The position numbers and the translations under genes are program-made. The notes beneath the pieces are model-generated. The model was not told where the DNA came from and did no database searches. It saw only the letters and a list, made by a program, of their open reading frames with translations. Positions 60,229-64,000 of a DNA stretch of 64,000 nucleotides are shown piece after piece; within the stretch, counting starts at the first letter, position 1, and each line of letters begins with the position of its first letter. Location of the stretch: positions 105,658-169,657 of the forward strand of contig JAHQWJ010000062.1 in assembly GCA_029856125.1 (NCBI GenBank), written 5' to 3'. This DNA is from Promethearchaeia archaeon. GTDB lineage: Archaea > Asgardarchaeota > Lokiarchaeia > Sigyniarchaeales > SOKP01.

Positions 60229-61143
60229 ATGAATCAAGTAGTTGGAAATTTAGTAGATCCCGTATTTAGACCTCCTTCTGAGTGGGATGCTTTATTGATT
60301 GCAATAACGAATGGATGCACGCGTAAATGCACATTCTGCGCCATGTATAGATCAAAAACTTTTTCTATTCGTAAAGATATCGAAGAGATCAAAAAGGATA
60401 TTAAAATCGCGGGTGCTACCTATGGAAATCGCGTACGTAAAGTATTTTTCGAAGATGGAAATGCTTTTGTTGTTAAACCTGAGATTCTTATTGAATTAAC
60501 CGAATATTGTTATACAATTCATCCTAATCTCAAAAAAGTTAGTGCATATGCCCATGCTAAAGATATCATAAAAAAATCCGACGAAGATTTAAAAAGAATA
60601 GCAGATAGCGGATTTACGATGGTTTACGTGGGCGTTGAAAGTGGAGATGATGAGGTTCTAAAAGCGTGTAAAAAAGGAACTACACAAGATGAGTTAACTC
60701 TTGCAGCTCAAAAATGTTATAAAGCAGGAATATCTTGGTCTGGTATTTTTCTATTAGGACTTGCAGGAAACGATCCTGAAAAAAGTAGAAAACACGCAAT
60801 TGAATCTGCTAAATTGATTAATAGAATGGCTCCACCAACACCAATTAATTGGTATATATCACCTTTAACGTTAGGTATTACTCCAGGAACTGAGTTATGG
60901 ACACAAAAATCAACAGGAGAATTCCAACCCTGTTCTAGTACTCAAATTTTAGAAGAATTATATATGATGATAGAATACACAGCAGATGATTTGCAGAAGT
61001 GTATATTTAACACAAATCACGCTTCAAATTATTTAAATTTGAAAGGAGAGTTAAGCAGAGATAAAAAACAATTTCTTAAAGTAATTGAAAACGGAATTAA
61101 AAACCCAAACATGCGTCGACCTGACTATCTTCGTAGGTTATAA
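60229..61143 (+). CDS. Radical SAM protein
   Basis: VFRPPSE, GCTRKCTFCAMY, YVGVESG, NHASNYL. Confidence 0.9.
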   Translation: MNQVVGNLVDPVFRPPSEWDALLIAITNGCTRKCTFCAMYRSKTFSIRKDIEEIKKDIKIAGATYGNRVRKVFFEDGNAFVVKPEILIELTEYCYTIHPNLKKVSAYAHAKDIIKKSDEDLKRIADSGFTMVYVGVESGDDEVLKACKKGTTQDELTLAAQKCYKAGISWSGIFLLGLAGNDPEKSRKHAIESAKLINRMAPPTPINWYISPLTLGITPGTELWTQKSTGEFQPCSSTQILEELYMMIEYTADDLQKCIFNTNHASNYLNLKGELSRDKKQFLKVIENGIKNPNMRRPDYLRRL

Positions 61144-61382
61144 AAATTCCACTTGTTTAAGAAGAGTTCCTGTTAATTATCGACTTAGATTCACTAAATT
61201 TTCATTGAAAATAGACTCTCAATTTACTTTTCCAGCACGTAGATAATCGGGTTATTTTAAAAATCAGATGATATAGAAAATAATCTTTTAGCAAGAATTA
61301 GGCTTGTATAACCAGAATAAACAATTTTAAAAGTGAAAGATTCAATATTTGATGTAGTCTTAATCCATTTAGTAGCTTAAAT

Positions 61383-62141
61383 TTGGTGAAAAATTTAATT
61401 ATGGCTGTTAAAGTTGTAAAAGATTATTATATTAGAAGAAAACCAAAGTTGATGAAAAACTTTTCTAACCACATTAAAATCGCACGAAGTATCCTTAAAA
61501 AAAAGTATGACGAGGCTAAAATCAATGAAATGTTCGATTTAATGAAAGCAGAATATGAGAAACTAATTCCGGAAATACCTTATATTGGCGGAGTAAAAAA
61601 TTCTTTTACCAACCTCCTTGTCGGAGGTATATCTAGCCTCGCAATGTTTCGAATCCTAGAAAGAGAAGGATATACACATCGAGAGATAGGGGAATTTTAT
61701 TATAAATTCAGCGATCTACAAAATACTATCAGAAAAAAAAGTTTGGAAAAAATCGGAAAAGATCCCGCCCAATATCCCTTTGAATCTGCTTATATTGATT
61801 ATGCGAAAAAGTTATGTGAGACATCAAAATTAAGGAACTATCCCGATGATTGGGTTGCGGATTACGTTGAAGGTGATGGGAAAACTTTTGAGTGGGGTTT
61901 TAATTTTCATAAATGTGGAATTCATAAAGTTTTAAAGAGATTAGATGCTGAAAAATATACTCCCTTTTTTTGTTTATATGACTTCTCAGAAGCAAATATT
62001 TTAGGATTTGGATTCTCTCGTACTCAAGCTATTGGATTCGGAGCTCCAATGTGCGATCATAGGTATGTAAAAAAATATAAAACTCCCAGAGGATGGCCGC
62101 CAGATGACCTACCAGAATTTGATAAAAAGATAATACCATAA
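61383..62141 (+). CDS. L-2-amino-thiazoline-4-carboxylic acid hydrolase-family protein
   Basis: FHKCGI...FCLYDF...RTQAIGFGAPMCDHRY. Confidence 0.78.
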   Translation: MVKNLIMAVKVVKDYYIRRKPKLMKNFSNHIKIARSILKKKYDEAKINEMFDLMKAEYEKLIPEIPYIGGVKNSFTNLLVGGISSLAMFRILEREGYTHREIGEFYYKFSDLQNTIRKKSLEKIGKDPAQYPFESAYIDYAKKLCETSKLRNYPDDWVADYVEGDGKTFEWGFNFHKCGIHKVLKRLDAEKYTPFFCLYDFSEANILGFGFSRTQAIGFGAPMCDHRYVKKYKTPRGWPPDDLPEFDKKIIP

Positions 62142-62159
62142 AAATCGTAGGTTTAATGT

Positions 62160-62939
62160 TTGATGAGTGAAAAGAAAGGCGAGAAAGTTTTAGACAATCG
62201 AAAAGTCTTATTTGAACAAGCTTATAAAAAAGAAAGAAGCGAATCCTATAGAGATATCTTCCGAGAAGTTTATGGAGATGATTACCCAGAAGAAATTAAT
62301 CCAGATAGCTTCGTTACAATTACTGACATGAAAACTATTGCTAAAAACCTTAATATTGGAAGCGCCAAATCATTTATTGATCTAGGGTGTGGCAGAGGTG
62401 GACCAGGATTGTGGATAGCACGGGAAACGGGAGCAAATTACGTAGGAATTGATTTTTCAGAAAATGCCATAAAACAAGCTCAAGACCGTTCACGGGATTT
62501 CAAAATAAAAGGTACAACTAAATTTCAAGTAGAAAATATGTATTCTCTAAATTTTCCTACAAACAGCTTTGATGGAGCGATAAGTATTGATGTCATTTCG
62601 TTTATCCCAGATCCCCCCGCAATATTTAAAGAAGTAGCAAGGATTTTACGATCAGAAGCTTATTTCGTATTTACTACGTGGGAAAACAAAAATTCGAATA
62701 TTACTAATGATTATCGTTCTTACCTTCGAGATACAGGTTTTAGTATAAAAAGCTATAGTGAAACCCCAGAATGGAAAAAACGCCAGAGCGAAGTTTATCA
62801 GAAAACTTTAGAATCAAAAAAATTGTTAATCAAAGACATGGGAAGAGATGGCGCTTTTGCTTACATCATGGAAGCTAAGAGATACCTCCCTACAATCAAC
62901 GATACAAAGCGAATCTTAGCCGTTGCGATGAAAATGTAA
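62160..62939 (+). CDS. Class I SAM-dependent methyltransferase
   Basis: IDLGCGRGG, GIDFS, FPTNSFDGAISID, EVARIL. Confidence 0.9.
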   Translation: MMSEKKGEKVLDNRKVLFEQAYKKERSESYRDIFREVYGDDYPEEINPDSFVTITDMKTIAKNLNIGSAKSFIDLGCGRGGPGLWIARETGANYVGIDFSENAIKQAQDRSRDFKIKGTTKFQVENMYSLNFPTNSFDGAISIDVISFIPDPPAIFKEVARILRSEAYFVFTTWENKNSNITNDYRSYLRDTGFSIKSYSETPEWKKRQSEVYQKTLESKKLLIKDMGRDGAFAYIMEAKRYLPTINDTKRILAVAMKM

Positions 62940-63007
62940 TCGTTCGAGAACCTAAGGTAATGACATTACCCTAATAATTGCGGCTTTAAGAAGATTAAGA
63001 ATGAAAT

Positions 63008-63043
63008 AAAATGTGGAGTAAAAACTCCGGAACACACCCCCAC
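63008..63043. repeat. 36-nt intergenic element, copy 1
   Basis: AAAATGTGGAGTAAAAACTCCGGAACACACCCCCAC; 21-nt core identical to copy 2. Confidence 0.85.
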
Positions 63044-63134
63044 CTCGCAATTTCGAAATACAGTTTTTATTTCGTGTACCTTTCTCAGATATAAAACAAT
63101 TTTTACTAAATTGGTAAGAATATTATTGATTCAT

Positions 63135-63545
63135 CTAAGATTTTATATCTTTACGGACATTTCGCCACTCTATTAAACAGACAATACCACCAATTAATAG
63201 AAGTATTTCTGGGGGAGCTCCACTAGCAAGACCATAGAAAGTCAATAGAGCAAATATAAAGTTAGAATTCCAAGGAGAGTATAATACCCAGGCAGATATG
63301 AATAGTGATAAGCCCGCAACAAAACACACGATACTTCCGACGCCTACTCTTTTGAATCCAACACCAGCTCCAACTATAGCTACTAAACCGGTTATCATAC
63401 TAATTGCTATTTTTATCTTATACGCGTCTATGTATGAATCTCCAATGCTATCAAACCGGATAACAAATAAAATAATATATACACCAGCAAACCAAAAACC
63501 CATAATCAGACTAATAATAAAACCTAATTTTGACAAGTTTCTCAC
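63135..63545 (-). CDS. Small membrane protein (4 TM)
   Basis: Gly-rich hydrophobic helices. Confidence 0.75.
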   Translation of the reverse strand: MRNLSKLGFIISLIMGFWFAGVYIILFVIRFDSIGDSYIDAYKIKIAISMITGLVAIVGAGVGFKRVGVGSIVCFVAGLSLFISAWVLYSPWNSNFIFALLTFYGLASGAPPEILLLIGGIVCLIEWRNVRKDIKS

Positions 63546-63701
63546 TCATTAAAAAAATAATAGCTTTTTTCCTTATTCGTGCAAGTTATTATAAAATTGA
63601 GTAAATCCATTATTTAAGTTTTTGTCGTTTATATTCATTTGTTGAATGTTCGAAACATGCCTTATAAGACTGAATGTTTATCTAAAAAAGAGAATATAAT
63701 A

Positions 63702-63737
63702 AAAATGGGAAGTAAAAACTCCGGAACACACTCCCAC
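63702..63737. repeat. 36-nt intergenic element, copy 2
   Basis: AAAATGGGAAGTAAAAACTCCGGAACACACTCCCAC. Confidence 0.85.
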
Positions 63738-63749
63738 TAAATTAGTACA

Positions 63750-64000
63750 TTAATAAGGGAGGAAATCCGAAAACATACCCCATATAGCGTCGTACATTAC
63801 GGAATATCCAAATATTAAATACAATATTGTGCCTACGATATAGATAACTATCGCAGTAATAGATTTCCATTTATGGTCGGTCTCATTATATCCAAGTATC
63901 CCCAGTATTAATCCCAATAAACCAGTACCGCTAACGGCTAAACTACCAAAAATAGCTATTCCTGGAATTATTCCTTGGCTTGTTAAAATTGCCAAAATAG
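63750..64000 (-). CDS. Membrane protein, probably 5'-truncated by the window edge
   Basis: Frame open to the window end; hydrophobic helices. Confidence 0.65.
   Translation of the reverse strand, partial: ILAILTSQGIIPGIAIFGSLAVSGTGLLGLILGILGYNETDHKWKSITAIVIYIVGTILYLIFGYSVMYDAIWGMFSDFLPY

Noticed and set aside
63008-63737. CRISPR repeats or integron attC sites
   Set aside because: Only two copies ~700 bp apart, no cas or integrase in view, and no RYYYAAC/GTTRRRY ends.

Overview
AT-rich archaeal chromosomal DNA, almost certainly from an Asgard archaeon of the Lokiarchaeia/Promethearchaeota type. This is inferred from the archaeal information-processing genes together with five small GTPases, three of them fused to roadblock/longin-like domains, and two longin-domain proteins. 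It is mostly core genome: elf1, pelota, rtcB with archease, carS, orc1/cdc6, PolD DP1 and DP2, cbf5, rpo5-rpo2, tfe, mbf1, PAN, NAC, nrdD, mfnA, panB, ilvE and three tRNAs, two with bulge-helix-bulge (BHB) introns. The strongest finding is in elf1. Its zinc-finger codons are interrupted by a 30-nt insert carrying a stop codon. The insert folds into a BHB-like motif whose predicted cut sites exactly restore C-P-N-C-G, which makes it a candidate tRNA-type intron in an Asgard mRNA. The second finding is a candidate actin/membrane module at 3.5-7.3 kb: a BAR-like helical protein, a coiled-coil/polyproline/FAB-like protein and an unannotated 50-aa WH2-like peptide. Other observations are probable ATC starts, a structured nrdD leader, a C33 tRNA-Leu and a duplicated intergenic element. 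No CRISPR array, rRNA or transposase was seen. All family assignments come from recognising motifs by eye; no database searches were run.
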